This document shows, one piece after another, positions 1 through 10,725 of a stretch of 64,000 bases of DNA. This stretch comes from an uncultured delta proteobacterium. Lineage in GTDB: Bacteria > Desulfobacterota > BSN033 > UBA1163. The number at the start of each line of letters is the position of its first letter. The first letter of the stretch is position 1. A program made the position numbers and the translations under genes. A model generated the notes under the pieces. That model saw only the letters and a list, made by a program, of their open reading frames with translations. It was not told the origin of the DNA and searched no databases. Where the stretch lies: assembly GCA_963827685.1 (NCBI GenBank), contig CAWHBU010000002.1, positions 352,001-416,000 on the forward strand. Reading direction: 5' to 3'.

Positions 1-173
1 TTTTGGGTGAATACGGATGCAAAGATTTTGATTTTAACCTTGAAGATCGTTTCATGGGGCAAGTGGCAAGGTTTAAATTGGTTATAGATAGCGCTTGGTG
101 TCCTGATCATTTTTTCAAAAACGGCGATAAAAGAGAATTAGCTATCTATGTAAGAAGAATTGAGTGCAAATAA
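1..173 (+). CDS. 3' end of a gene entering the window; probable glycan-locus protein with a C-terminal beta-sandwich
   Basis: Open frame from nt 3, ...DSAWCPDHFFKNGDKRELAIYVRRIECK, then TAA at 171-173. The GDKRELAI ending resembles DERLLAIAI at the C-terminus of 21819..23930. Confidence 0.6.
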   Translation, partial: LGEYGCKDFDFNLEDRFMGQVARFKLVIDSAWCPDHFFKNGDKRELAIYVRRIECK

Positions 174-227
174 CTTTCACAATAGATTTTGTGACCCTTC
201 CATAGAATTTAGAAAGGAGAGATTAGG

Positions 228-749
228 ATGAAGAGTTTAAAAGTGGTGACTGTGTTCTCATTGGTGGTGGTCATCTCAAGTTTCGTTTTTGGGGGGATGG
301 GTTGTGGAAAGAAAACAGGAGAGGCTGAAAAAACTGAAATCATTGCTGACGGGCCTCTGACCGATAAAGCCTTCAAGGCAAAGATTTCAATCGAACATGC
401 GCCAACTTCAATAAAAACGAATTCCTCCTCAAGAATAAAATTAAGAGTGAAAAATCTCAGCAATACTGTATGGCCCTCCAAAAGTCTACCATTGCTGAAT
501 GGGGAATTTGCCATCAATCTGGGAGATCACTGGCTTGATAAAAATGGCAAAATGCTTATCCATGATTTGGATAGATCGGGTCTACCACGCGATGTTAAAC
601 CGGGAGAGGAAGTAACCATTGAAACAAATCTGACAGCTCCTTCAACTCCTGGCGATTATATTCTCGAATACGATATGGTCCAGGAGGCTGTTACGTGGTT
701 TGCAAGAAAGGGGTCAAAAACATCAAGAGTTAACGTGAAGGTGAAATGA
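228..749 (+). CDS. Lipoprotein with Ig-like domain
   Basis: AGGAG RBS; hydrophobic signal ending GMG-C; LPRDVKPGEEV...APSTPGDYILEYDMVQE...WF pattern. Confidence 0.75.
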   Translation: MKSLKVVTVFSLVVVISSFVFGGMGCGKKTGEAEKTEIIADGPLTDKAFKAKISIEHAPTSIKTNSSSRIKLRVKNLSNTVWPSKSLPLLNGEFAINLGDHWLDKNGKMLIHDLDRSGLPRDVKPGEEVTIETNLTAPSTPGDYILEYDMVQEAVTWFARKGSKTSRVNVKVK

Positions 750-2302
750 GGAAAATTATGTCAGACGATTTTATAAATGTTGATGAACTTATGGCAAGGA
801 TTAGAGAAGAAGTAGCCAAAAGGCGGGTTTACGAGAGCCAAGCTGAGCCCATGCCAAATCATGCAGTCACCAGCCTGCCACCTTTTTCATCCAATTGGGC
901 TCAACTTACGGCAATATTGAGTCAGATGGATCAGAATGCTGATGTTGGGACCAAGAATTTGCCAATGGTGAGATTTAGCCGTTCCTACCGGTGGTTAGCC
1001 CGTCTCTTTGGTCGCGTGGTGCTCTATATGGGTGAAGTCATCACAAAACCGCAAAGAAGGTTTAACCGTTCGGTTCTGGATGCGCTACGTGTTACCACTG
1101 AGGGACTTCGCCAGTATGAGCAAGGATTGTCCGAGCGTGATCGCCGAATAGCGGGCCTGGAACAGTCGTTGATGGAGTGGGGCAGTAGGATCGCCAGCTT
1201 AGAAGGATCTCTGAATCAAGGATTATCCGACCGAGATCATCGGCTTGATGGGTTAGAGCAATCCTTGAAAGAACGGGATAACAGAATCTCGGGCTTAGAA
1301 GGATCTCTGAATCAAGGATTATCCGACCGAGATCATCGGATTGACGGGTTGGAAAAGTCTGTAAAGCAGGAATTGACGGAGCAATGGGGTCGGGCTGCTG
1401 CACTAGAGCAATCCTTGAAAGAACGGGATAACAGAATTTCAGGCTTAGAAGCATCCCTGAATCGAGGATTATCTGACCGAGATCATCGGATTGACGGGTT
1501 GGAAAAGAACATGGCTTATTTGAAAAACAGCTTGATTTTGCAGGAACGCCGTGTCTCTATCCTTTTAGATGAAGCTCGAAAACGTTTACCAGGACCTTTT
1601 AATCAAAAACAACTCCAGGTTATTGCGAATGAGAGTGCTCACTTATTGGACTCCTTGTATGTTTCTTTTGAGGACGAGTTTCGCGGGACGCGGGAGGAGA
1701 TCAAAGACAGGCTTAGGGTCCATCTCCCCTTACTTGAAAATGCGAAAGCAGGTAAAGAGAAGCGCCCTATTTTAGATTTGGGATGTGGACGCGGTGAGTG
1801 GTTAGAGCTATTGCAAGAGGAGGGGTTGCTGGCTCGTGGTGTTGACATTAATTCCATATTCGTTGAGCAATGTAGGGAGAGAGGGCTTGAAGTGATTGAG
1901 TCCGAGATGATGACATTTCTTCAAAAACTCCCCGAAGCCAGTCTGGGGGCAGTGACGGGGTTTCACATCATTGAACATTTGTCCTTTGAGATATTGATAA
2001 AGCTGCTCGATGAAACGGTCCGGCTACTTAAACCTGGGGGAATAGCAATCTTTGAAACTCCTAATCCTCACAATATTCTTGTAGGGAGTTGCAATTTCTA
2101 CTTAGACCCTACCCATAAGAAGCCTTTACCGAGTTCGATGATGAAATTTATTGTAGAAGCTCGTGGTTTGTGCAGGGTGGAAATAATGAATTTACATCCC
2201 TTCCCTGAATCATATAGGCTATCGGGATCAGACCTGGCAGAACGCATGAATGAATATTTCTACGGCCCGCAGGATTATGCCCTGATTGGGTGGAAAGCAT
2301 GA
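746..2302 (+). CDS. Class I SAM methyltransferase with a long N-terminal repeated coiled coil
   Basis: LDLGCGRGEW motif I, FHIIEH, LKPGG, ETPNP, DPTH; heptad repeats around aa 125-260. Confidence 0.85.
   Translation: MRKIMSDDFINVDELMARIREEVAKRRVYESQAEPMPNHAVTSLPPFSSNWAQLTAILSQMDQNADVGTKNLPMVRFSRSYRWLARLFGRVVLYMGEVITKPQRRFNRSVLDALRVTTEGLRQYEQGLSERDRRIAGLEQSLMEWGSRIASLEGSLNQGLSDRDHRLDGLEQSLKERDNRISGLEGSLNQGLSDRDHRIDGLEKSVKQELTEQWGRAAALEQSLKERDNRISGLEASLNRGLSDRDHRIDGLEKNMAYLKNSLILQERRVSILLDEARKRLPGPFNQKQLQVIANESAHLLDSLYVSFEDEFRGTREEIKDRLRVHLPLLENAKAGKEKRPILDLGCGRGEWLELLQEEGLLARGVDINSIFVEQCRERGLEVIESEMMTFLQKLPEASLGAVTGFHIIEHLSFEILIKLLDETVRLLKPGGIAIFETPNPHNILVGSCNFYLDPTHKKPLPSSMMKFIVEARGLCRVEIMNLHPFPESYRLSGSDLAERMNEYFYGPQDYALIGWKA
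1120..1510 (+). repeat. Intragenic mosaic tandem repeat of 42-bp and 54-bp modules
   Basis: gcttagaaggatctctgaatcaaggattatccgaccgagatcatcgg at 1197 and 1293 with a variant at 1443; tagagcaatccttgaaagaacgggataacagaat at 1254 and 1404. Confidence 0.9.
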
Positions 2303-2356
2303 TCGTTGGTATCATCCTGGCAAATAGTTATGTTACCCTTTTTTAACCATTGAAGA

Positions 2357-3811
2357 ATGACACCTCTTGCATTTATCATAGTTCTTAACTGGAATGGCAG
2401 GCATCACCTCCAGGACTGCCTGAGTTCCCTCTCCTCCCTTGACTACCCGAGTTATAAGATTCTTCTTGTTGATAACAACTCTCGGGATGAAAGTGTCCTT
2501 TTCGTTAAATCAAACTACCTCCATGTCAATATCATTCAAAATGATAGAAATTTGGGGTTTGCTGAAGGAAATAATATAGGGATTCGGTATGCCTTGTCTC
2601 AAGGAGCAGAGTATATCATTTTGTTAAACAATGATACGCGCGTTGAACCGGATTTTCTGACCCATTTCATCCAAAGAGGGGAAGAAAAAAAGGAGGTGGG
2701 TGTCCTGGGGGGGAAGGTTCTCATGTTTTCCAACCCTCGTATCATTAACAGTACCGGAGTCAATCTAAATCAATTTGCTTATGGATGGGACCGGGATTTT
2801 GGAGAAGAGGTCCTACGGATTGACAGAGATCGAGGAGAGGTTCTCGCTGTCACAGGATGCCTCATGGCCATCAAAAGGGAGGTTTTTGGAAAAATTGGCT
2901 TCCTTGATTCCAAATTTTTCGCCTATTATGAGGATGTGGATTTCTGTATCCGGGTTTGGAAGTATACTCCTTTCAGGGTCGAATATGTTCCCGAATCGAT
3001 CATTTACCACAAATTCTCTGCTTCCGTTTCAGGGGAATCCTACTTCAAAAAGTATCTCATGTTTAAGAATCAATACCGGATATTCTTCAAGCATTTCCCC
3101 CCTGCCCAATTGATTAAGACATTTCCTCTTCTTTTGTGGCACCATTCTGGGATACTTCTGGGGCATCTGAAAAGGCAGGATTTTCGTCTTGTTTTCGCAG
3201 AGAGCCTGATCTTGTTGAAGTCCCTGATACTTTTTCCACTCAATTTCTTTCTTCGAATCTCTGATTCATTTAAAAAAGGCTGTGATGAGAGAAGGTTCTG
3301 GGAGAAGGTGATCCCAGAGAAGAGAGTGCCTTCCTTTAACCCCTTTTGTCCGGAATATACACAAGTCATCTTGAATAAAAAGGAGGTTAAGGCAGATAAG
3401 ATCTCCCACCGTATTCTCGTGGGAGTGAATGATGAGATGCTTGGGGAAGGATGGTCCCGATTAATATCGGATTTTCCAAAAATTCGGAGAATGGGTCAGA
3501 ACGCTGTCTGTTTCTTAAGAAATGAAAAAAGGTTCGAGTATTTGCAGATCCATGGTCTGTGGGATTCCAATACCCATAAGCCCTGGCTCGAAGTGGCCAT
3601 CGAAGGGCAGACCGTGGGGCGCAGGAAAGTCGAAATGGGATGGCATACCTACATCTTTCCTTTTGAGAATAGACTCAAGGAAGGACCGGTCGAATTGTGC
3701 CTCCGGATCGATCCCTCAGACCACGGATCTGCATTCGGAAAGGGTTTTGGCGTCAATGAGGTAGGGCTGTTTTCCTTGGGATCGCCTCTTTTGAGGCTGA
3801 CTGAAGCATGA
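2357..3811 (+). CDS. GT2 glycosyltransferase (rhamnosyltransferase-like) with extra C-terminal domain
   Basis: IIVLNWNG, VDNNS, NLGFAEGNN, LLNNDT, FAYYEDVDFC. Confidence 0.88.
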   Translation: MTPLAFIIVLNWNGRHHLQDCLSSLSSLDYPSYKILLVDNNSRDESVLFVKSNYLHVNIIQNDRNLGFAEGNNIGIRYALSQGAEYIILLNNDTRVEPDFLTHFIQRGEEKKEVGVLGGKVLMFSNPRIINSTGVNLNQFAYGWDRDFGEEVLRIDRDRGEVLAVTGCLMAIKREVFGKIGFLDSKFFAYYEDVDFCIRVWKYTPFRVEYVPESIIYHKFSASVSGESYFKKYLMFKNQYRIFFKHFPPAQLIKTFPLLLWHHSGILLGHLKRQDFRLVFAESLILLKSLILFPLNFFLRISDSFKKGCDERRFWEKVIPEKRVPSFNPFCPEYTQVILNKKEVKADKISHRILVGVNDEMLGEGWSRLISDFPKIRRMGQNAVCFLRNEKRFEYLQIHGLWDSNTHKPWLEVAIEGQTVGRRKVEMGWHTYIFPFENRLKEGPVELCLRIDPSDHGSAFGKGFGVNEVGLFSLGSPLLRLTEA

Positions 3812-5055
3812 GGAAGAAAAAGATCCTTTACGTGATACACCGCAGCTGGCCTTACATGGGAGGGGCCGAAAGACATTTTTTTGAGTGGGCCTTGAGTTCT
3901 AAAAAGAGGGGATTTGATACAACTATTTTTACAACAGATGTGTGGGATATAGAGTACTTCCATGATAGGAGCAAGCGCAGGATCGATCTTTTGGAAGAAA
4001 TGGTAGATGGGATAAAAATCAAGAGGTTTAGAGTATTTTCATTTCCAAGAATCGCACACTGGAGGACTCTGAAGGCTCTTTCAGCGATTCCTTCCCAATT
4101 CTGCAGCAACATTTTTGGATACCCTCATATTCTCCTCCCCAGATATGCTTGGAAAATGTTTTTCATGAATGAAAAGTTCGATCTCGTTCATGCCGGAGTT
4201 TTTCCTCATTTGTTTCTGATATACCCTGCATTGAAGTATAGTAAAAGACTGGAAATCCCCGCCATATGCACTCCCTTGATCCATTCGGGAGAACCCCATG
4301 CCTCAGAGGGTGCACCCCATTACCTTGCTCCGAAACAGGTCGAACTTTTGGAGATGAGTGACAAAATCACCTCAAACACCTCCGTAGAGAGAGCATTGCT
4401 GGAGAGCAAAGGAATCTCTGGCGAGAAAATTCACGTGATTGGTCCGGGCGTTCATCCAGAAGAAATGTTGGGGGGCATAGGTGAAAGGTTTCGTGAAAAA
4501 TATGGCATTAAAGGTAAAATTGTTCTTCAAATCTCAACCCAAACCCATGACAAGGGATCACCTCACCTAGTAGAGGCAGTAAAGCATCTGTGGCAAAAAG
4601 GAATGGATGTCACAGTGGTTCTTATTGGCCAGATCATGACTGACTTTGATACCTATTTCCTCAAGCAACCGCCAGAGGTCTATGAGAAAACCCTCGTACT
4701 GGACTATATCGACGAGCAAACTAAAAAGGATGCGTTGGATGCCTGCGATGTCTTTGTGATGCCATCCAAAGCAGACTCCTTCGGGATCGTATACTTGGAA
4801 GCATGGTTATACAAGAAACCGGTTGTTGGTGCTTATGCGGGTGGAGTTCCAGAAGTCATTACAGATGGAAAAGATGGGTTTCTGGTCCCATTTGCAGATG
4901 TCCATATGCTTTCTGAATATATCCATTTACTGTTATCAACCCCCCCTCTGGCACATGCCATGGGTCATAATGGTTACGAGAAAGTGCTGAGACACTATAC
5001 CTGGGAGAATAGCTGCAACAAAATTCAGTCATTATATGATGAACTGTTGATTTAA
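3808..5055 (+). CDS. GT4 glycosyltransferase
   Basis: GGAE at the N-terminus; PSKADSFGIVYLEAW; KPVV...GGVPEVI. Confidence 0.88.
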   Translation: MRKKKILYVIHRSWPYMGGAERHFFEWALSSKKRGFDTTIFTTDVWDIEYFHDRSKRRIDLLEEMVDGIKIKRFRVFSFPRIAHWRTLKALSAIPSQFCSNIFGYPHILLPRYAWKMFFMNEKFDLVHAGVFPHLFLIYPALKYSKRLEIPAICTPLIHSGEPHASEGAPHYLAPKQVELLEMSDKITSNTSVERALLESKGISGEKIHVIGPGVHPEEMLGGIGERFREKYGIKGKIVLQISTQTHDKGSPHLVEAVKHLWQKGMDVTVVLIGQIMTDFDTYFLKQPPEVYEKTLVLDYIDEQTKKDALDACDVFVMPSKADSFGIVYLEAWLYKKPVVGAYAGGVPEVITDGKDGFLVPFADVHMLSEYIHLLLSTPPLAHAMGHNGYEKVLRHYTWENSCNKIQSLYDELLI

Positions 5056-6215
5056 TGGAGAAGATCAGAATAGGGATAGATATTAGCCGAACCGTTGAAG
5101 AATCGACCGGGGTGGGGTATTATGCGAAGAATCTCGTTCATGCCCTTGCCAAGATCGACTCTGACAACGAATATCTCCTTTACGGAATCTTTTTCGACTG
5201 CTTTCCTAAGAAGTGGAAAGAAGCTCCCGTGCCGATATCCCCAAATTTTCGCCTTCACCTGAAATCCTTTCCGTCCCCGTATGTGATCCGAAGGTGGAAG
5301 AGGGCCAGACGATCTCCGGGGAAGATAATAGGAGGGATCGATATCTTACACAGCACGGCTTTTACAATGCCACCAGTCTCCAGCCCAAAGGTCATCGTGA
5401 CGATCCACGATTTGAGCTGTTATGTCTACCCGCAATTTCATACGGAAGCCAATCGCCAATTTGTAAATCGGAATGTTCATCAGGCAGCGAGACGGGCCCA
5501 CTTTATCATCGCCGATTCGGAAAGCACAAGAAGAGAGATCAAGAAATTTCTTCATGTCCGCGATGAAAAAATGGAGGTAATCCATCTGGCTGCCCATGAA
5601 AACTTCCAGGTGAGGTGTGATCCCACTTCCGTTGAAAAGATCAGGCATAAATACGCGTTAAGAAAACCTTATTTTCTATCTGTCGGTTCCATCGAGCCGA
5701 GGAAGAATCTCGGGCGAGCTCTGGTTGCTTTCAAGGCATTGATAGAGATGAAGAAGGGTGATTATCAATTTGTCGTCACAGGAGGAAAAGGTTGGAAAAA
5801 CGAAGCCTTTTATAATCTGATAAGAAAGTTGAATATCGATGAATATTTAGTCTTTACGGGTTATGTGCCCGAAGAAGATCTTCCGGCCCTCTACCAGGGA
5901 GCAGAAGTGTTTATCTATCCTTCTCTCTATGAAGGATTCGGGTTACCTATCCTGGAGGCCATGGCCTCTGGGATCCCCGTGATTACATCAAATACCTCCT
6001 CTCTCCCTGAAGTGGCTGGAGATGCTGCCCTTCTGGTCAATCCAATAGAAATCTTTGAACTCTATGAAGCAATGGAGGCGTTAGCAACAAAGCCACAACT
6101 CAGAGAAGAGCTGAAAGTTAAAGGGAAAGAACAGAGCAAAAAATTTTCCTGGGAAAAAACAGCATTAAAAACGTTAGAAATTTATAAAAAGATGTTCAAA
6201 AATGATAGAGTATAA
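5055..6215 (+). CDS. GT4 glycosyltransferase (mannosyltransferase-like)
   Basis: TIHDL, GSIEPRKN, YPSLYEGFGLPILEAMASG. Confidence 0.9.
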   Translation: MEKIRIGIDISRTVEESTGVGYYAKNLVHALAKIDSDNEYLLYGIFFDCFPKKWKEAPVPISPNFRLHLKSFPSPYVIRRWKRARRSPGKIIGGIDILHSTAFTMPPVSSPKVIVTIHDLSCYVYPQFHTEANRQFVNRNVHQAARRAHFIIADSESTRREIKKFLHVRDEKMEVIHLAAHENFQVRCDPTSVEKIRHKYALRKPYFLSVGSIEPRKNLGRALVAFKALIEMKKGDYQFVVTGGKGWKNEAFYNLIRKLNIDEYLVFTGYVPEEDLPALYQGAEVFIYPSLYEGFGLPILEAMASGIPVITSNTSSLPEVAGDAALLVNPIEIFELYEAMEALATKPQLREELKVKGKEQSKKFSWEKTALKTLEIYKKMFKNDRV

Positions 6216-6243
6216 ATAATATTTCTGATTTTATGAGGCAACC

Positions 6244-6645
6244 GTGGCCAAAGATTTAGAAAAAGTCGCAGACTACTGGGGTAAAAAAGCAAAGGAAAGA
6301 ATAGAGTCGGAGTCCCGGTCGTGCGCATGGACTGATTCCCCACTCATTCAAAGATATTATATTCACCCTACTATTTCAGGGCATATGAATGCAAATTGGT
6401 TTATGTGGGTCAAGGAAGAATTTTTTTCTGAGCCGGTAGAGAATGCATTGAGCCTTGGATGTGGTGATGGATGCCTTGAACGGCATGGTGCTCTTATCAA
6501 CGTTTTTAAAAAATGTGGTGCTTTCGATATATCGCAGAGGGTAATGCATATTGCAAAAAGCAGAGTAGAAGGGTTGGGATTGGGTCAAAAAATCAACTGC
6601 CCCTTGAGGATATCAACAAAATTCAGCTGACGGAAAATTTCTATC
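6244..6645 (+). pseudogene. Truncated, frameshifted SAM methyltransferase
   Basis: LSLGCGDG motif I and FDIS motif II. The expected continuation EDINKIQLTENFY lies in another frame after about 6600, then similarity is lost. Confidence 0.65.
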
Positions 6646-6738
6646 ACCATAGAAGGAGCGGCGATAGTTTAGCAAAGAATACAACAATCAAATGGCTTGC
6701 CATTTGGCACAAAATTCTGACGATCAGGGGATCCCATT

Positions 6739-7773
6739 GTGAGAGTCAAGAGCGATTTGCAACAGGCCCGCGGCTATTTTGATTTCGTGGAGTTCAAGAA
6801 TCGACAGCTGATCGTTCACGGTTGGATGCTGTTGCCGGAGACAGCACTTGACACCTTTCTCGTCTTTGTCAACAAGAAATACGCCGCAGAGGTGCCGGTG
6901 CTCGAAAGAGATGGCGTCGCGCAGGCATTTCTGTTTATCCCCCACGCCAAGCGTTCGGGGTTTCAGGTTTCACTGCAGACGGACGGCATAGGCGACGGCG
7001 GCTTAATCGATATCTGTCTAACTGGCGTATCGAAGGGTGAACAGGTCGCAAAAATGGAGACCTGGCATTCTCAAGAAGTTGCAGATGCAATGCCTATTCC
7101 ACCGCTTCCACTCATGAAACGAGTCGCCAATACCGAGAGCATCTCATTCTTTCGCACCTCGTCGTTCAAGTCCTTTCGGGACTACTGGGAACTCGCCTCC
7201 AAACATTCAGACGCAAAGATGATTCGCACCATGTTGGATTGGGGGTGCGGGTGTGGGAGACTAATCAATGCCTTCATCCACTTGACCGAGATTAGCGAGA
7301 TCTATGGATGTGACATCGACCACGAGGCCATCGCTTGGTGCAAACAGAACATCTTCAGGGCTGCGTTCGCTGTAATACCTCCCGAGCCACCCACCGGGTA
7401 CCCTGACAACTCATTCGATCTTGTAGTAGGAAACTCCGTATTGACGCACCTGACAAAAGATGTCCAACTTGCCTGGCTCAGGGAGGTCAGGAGAATTGTC
7501 GCCCCAGGCGGTCTTTTTCTCACAAGTCTGCATGGAGAGTTTGCCACGTACTTTGCCTTCCAGAACTCCGCCCATGACATCCTGAAACGAGGTATTTATG
7601 ACGAGATCCTAGACAGCAATCTTGACGGCATAGCCCCAGAGAACTACTATCGGGGCACTTATCAGTCAAAAGAATACACAAAGAGAGTTTTCTCAGACTA
7701 TTTTGAAGTTCTGGACTATATCGAGAGGGGCTCGTTGAACTTCCAGGATGTGATTGTTTTAAAAAAATTGTAG
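6739..7773 (+). CDS. Class I SAM methyltransferase with N-terminal beta domain
   Basis: LDWGCGCGRL, GCDID, FDLVVGNSVLTHL, APGG. Confidence 0.85.
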   Translation: MRVKSDLQQARGYFDFVEFKNRQLIVHGWMLLPETALDTFLVFVNKKYAAEVPVLERDGVAQAFLFIPHAKRSGFQVSLQTDGIGDGGLIDICLTGVSKGEQVAKMETWHSQEVADAMPIPPLPLMKRVANTESISFFRTSSFKSFRDYWELASKHSDAKMIRTMLDWGCGCGRLINAFIHLTEISEIYGCDIDHEAIAWCKQNIFRAAFAVIPPEPPTGYPDNSFDLVVGNSVLTHLTKDVQLAWLREVRRIVAPGGLFLTSLHGEFATYFAFQNSAHDILKRGIYDEILDSNLDGIAPENYYRGTYQSKEYTKRVFSDYFEVLDYIERGSLNFQDVIVLKKL

Positions 7774-7845
7774 CCCCACGGAACCTTGCCTTGGAGATTT
7801 ACCAAGGGGATTCCCGAGAAGAACGGTCTTTCAAAAGGCTAAAGC

Positions 7846-10725
7846 ATGGAGCAAAAAGCACCTCAAAGTGAACTGAAAAAGAATCTTGCTCCTACAAAGA
7901 CCCGATTATCGCGAACTCTTCATCCTTTGGCGGTAGTCGCCTTTTATTTAGTACTCTATCTCATTTTTTTCTCACCCGTTATCTTTTTTGGGCGATTATT
8001 GGCACCAGGGGATGCAAAAATTCAGAGCATCCCTGCATTCTACGCAGCACGTACGTTATGGACACCTCTTCTATCTTCTGGGTTTCCAGTAGCCGCTGAT
8101 CCAACCGTTCAGACATGGTATCCTCTCTCGATTTTATTTTCATCTGTCAACTCCTGGAATGCCTTTGTTATATCGGCATATGTTTTGTCCAGTTGTTTTG
8201 TATACGGGTATGTTTATTCCTTAAACCGGTCCAGGTTAGCGGGGTTTGTGGCTGGTATCGTTTATGGCATGAGTGCGTTTATGATGGCCCATCTTGGTCA
8301 TACCACGATGATCCATACCGCAGTATGGTTGCCACTCCTTATCTGGGCTTTAGAGAGATTGCGCCATAATGTTGCTGCCCATTGGTATGGAATCGGTGTC
8401 CTGTCGATCACAATGGGTGCCTTGGCTGGTCACCCGCAGATACTTGTTTATACCCTGGGTATTGGTACTGCCTATGTTACGATTCTCGGATGCTCAGGAC
8501 CGGTAAGGCCTTGGAAGTACTACGGCCTATTTTTGTCGGTTATGATTTTGGGCTTGGGTCTTGCTGCAATTCAGCTTCTTCCAACCGCAGAGCTTACAAG
8601 ATTGGGAATGCGGCATCAGATGAGCTTTGCAATGTTCAATGATTGTTCCCTGCACCCTTATCAGTCGATTGCTCTATTATTTCCTTATTTGTTGGGTGGC
8701 ATTCCAGGATCTATTTATGGACCCTATTTCGGCCCTTGTAATGTCCATGAGCTCAGTGGTTACATTGGTCTTCTACCACTCATATTAGCAGGTGTTGGTT
8801 TTCTGGCTTACCTTAAGAGGTCTATGGTATGGTTTTGGACAGTAGTTGGCCTAATTGGGTTCTTATTAACCCTTGGTGACGCTACACCACTTGCTAAACT
8901 TATGTATTATCTGCCTGCATACAATAAATTTCGCGTCCCATCTCGTCATTTTATGGAGGTGGCATTCGCTGTTTCTGTATTGGCAGGTTTTGGTGTGACT
9001 GCCATTCAGAACCAAACAATAATGAGACGCACAATCTTTAAAATTATCTTGGTCGATATGGGAGTTATGCTGATAGGTCTCTCTGTCATCTATATCTTTT
9101 CAAACAAATTACAAGGACTTGCAATTAGCAGCGGTATTGGGAAAACAGCACTCCAACCCTGGTCGAACCCAGCAATAGGATTACCATTGGTAATTTTCCT
9201 TGCTGTTAGTATTGCGTTGATCTTCTGGAGTAAACGACCATATAACTCTTTTCATCAGATATTCCTCCTATTCATTTTGGTAATAGATCTCGGCAGTTTT
9301 GGATGGTTTATTAGTTGGAAATATGCTTCACCAAGCAAGCAACTCTTGGAGCCTCCTGCTGTAGCCGAAAAATACAAAATGATACTAAATAAGCATAACC
9401 AACGTTTGCTCCCAATCCGGGGTGCATTGGGGAGCGTCTCAGAACTTCCTCCAAACATATCGAGGTTATGGGGAGTCCCCAGTGCCAGTGGCTGTGGTCC
9501 CCTACTCTTAAAAAGGATTATGGAGGTGCTCTCAACAGACCCTGCAGGAGTTATATATAGTTCATGGGATTCCGGATTCGACCGCAGTCTAGATATCATG
9601 TCGATAAGATACGTTCTAATACCAAAGCGTGAAGTGTATAAACCGATTGTTTTAGAGAGTAATGGGTTCTCTTGGCTTACAATTGATCTACCCTTCCAAA
9701 TGGGTCCTGGCTGTAACGCCCCACATTCTAATTCCATCGAAATTAACCTTCTTAGCCCTTTTAATGCCACAACTATTGGTATTGTGAGTGCGATGGCATG
9801 TTCTACAAATATAGCAAACAATGTCGAGGTTGTGCGCATAAGGATAACAGACAAATGTGGAAACTTTCATACTCAGAGTATTCTTGCTGGCCGTGACACA
9901 TCTGAATGGGCTTATGATTGCAGTAATGCCCGGTCGCGTATTCAGCACCAGCGGGCTCCCATTTTCAAAAGCTTTCCGAGTGGAGAAGATTCCTCTGGTT
10001 CTTGCGAGGGGCATCACTATTTGTCGGTCCATCATCTTGGTAAAAGGATTGACGTCAAGAATTTAGAACTTCTATGGGTCGGGCCTGCCGGATTAATTGC
10101 TATCAAGAAAATTAGTCTGCTCGATGAGCAGACAGGTCTCTCTTATCCTGTCTTAGCCCCGGGCAGTTCATTATTAGATAACACCCGCTGGCACCGTGTC
10201 GAGGATATGGGGGAGGTAAGTGCATATGAAAACAAACACGCAATGCCAAGGGTCTGGCTGGTACCAGAAGTGGTGAGCACAAAACCAGAGGAAATATATC
10301 ATGCCATTAAATCATCACAGGTACCAGACGGACGTAATTACGATCCCTATCAGATAGCTCTTGTGGAAGAACCTTTTACCTTCAAAACCAAAAATTTGGA
10401 TAAAAGTGCAACCGCACAAGTAGTACATTTGGAAGATACAAAAATAGAAGTCCTTACGAATTCCACATCACCGTCCTTTTTGGTTTTAAGCGATGTATAT
10501 TATCCGGGTTGGAAAGCTACTATCGATGGAATTGAGACGCATCTATTCAAGACAAACTATGTACTCCGTGGAATCATGGTGCCGGCGGGTGGGCATATGG
10601 TGCGCTTTGAGTTTAGACCGAAGAGTTTCTATCTTGGAGCGGGGATAAGCGCAATATCTTTGTTTTTACTTGGATTGCTCTTTTTTAGGTTTCCGAAAAA
10701 GTGGAGAATCATACCGAATGATTGA
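7846..10725 (+). CDS. YfhO-family multi-pass membrane glycosyltransferase (GT-C)
   Basis: LWTPLLSSGFP, GHPQ, QLLP, FRVPSR, many TM helices, C-terminal LVLSDVYYPGWKATIDG...VPAGGH. Confidence 0.88.
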   Translation: MEQKAPQSELKKNLAPTKTRLSRTLHPLAVVAFYLVLYLIFFSPVIFFGRLLAPGDAKIQSIPAFYAARTLWTPLLSSGFPVAADPTVQTWYPLSILFSSVNSWNAFVISAYVLSSCFVYGYVYSLNRSRLAGFVAGIVYGMSAFMMAHLGHTTMIHTAVWLPLLIWALERLRHNVAAHWYGIGVLSITMGALAGHPQILVYTLGIGTAYVTILGCSGPVRPWKYYGLFLSVMILGLGLAAIQLLPTAELTRLGMRHQMSFAMFNDCSLHPYQSIALLFPYLLGGIPGSIYGPYFGPCNVHELSGYIGLLPLILAGVGFLAYLKRSMVWFWTVVGLIGFLLTLGDATPLAKLMYYLPAYNKFRVPSRHFMEVAFAVSVLAGFGVTAIQNQTIMRRTIFKIILVDMGVMLIGLSVIYIFSNKLQGLAISSGIGKTALQPWSNPAIGLPLVIFLAVSIALIFWSKRPYNSFHQIFLLFILVIDLGSFGWFISWKYASPSKQLLEPPAVAEKYKMILNKHNQRLLPIRGALGSVSELPPNISRLWGVPSASGCGPLLLKRIMEVLSTDPAGVIYSSWDSGFDRSLDIMSIRYVLIPKREVYKPIVLESNGFSWLTIDLPFQMGPGCNAPHSNSIEINLLSPFNATTIGIVSAMACSTNIANNVEVVRIRITDKCGNFHTQSILAGRDTSEWAYDCSNARSRIQHQRAPIFKSFPSGEDSSGSCEGHHYLSVHHLGKRIDVKNLELLWVGPAGLIAIKKISLLDEQTGLSYPVLAPGSSLLDNTRWHRVEDMGEVSAYENKHAMPRVWLVPEVVSTKPEEIYHAIKSSQVPDGRNYDPYQIALVEEPFTFKTKNLDKSATAQVVHLEDTKIEVLTNSTSPSFLVLSDVYYPGWKATIDGIETHLFKTNYVLRGIMVPAGGHMVRFEFRPKSFYLGAGISAISLFLLGLLFFRFPKKWRIIPND

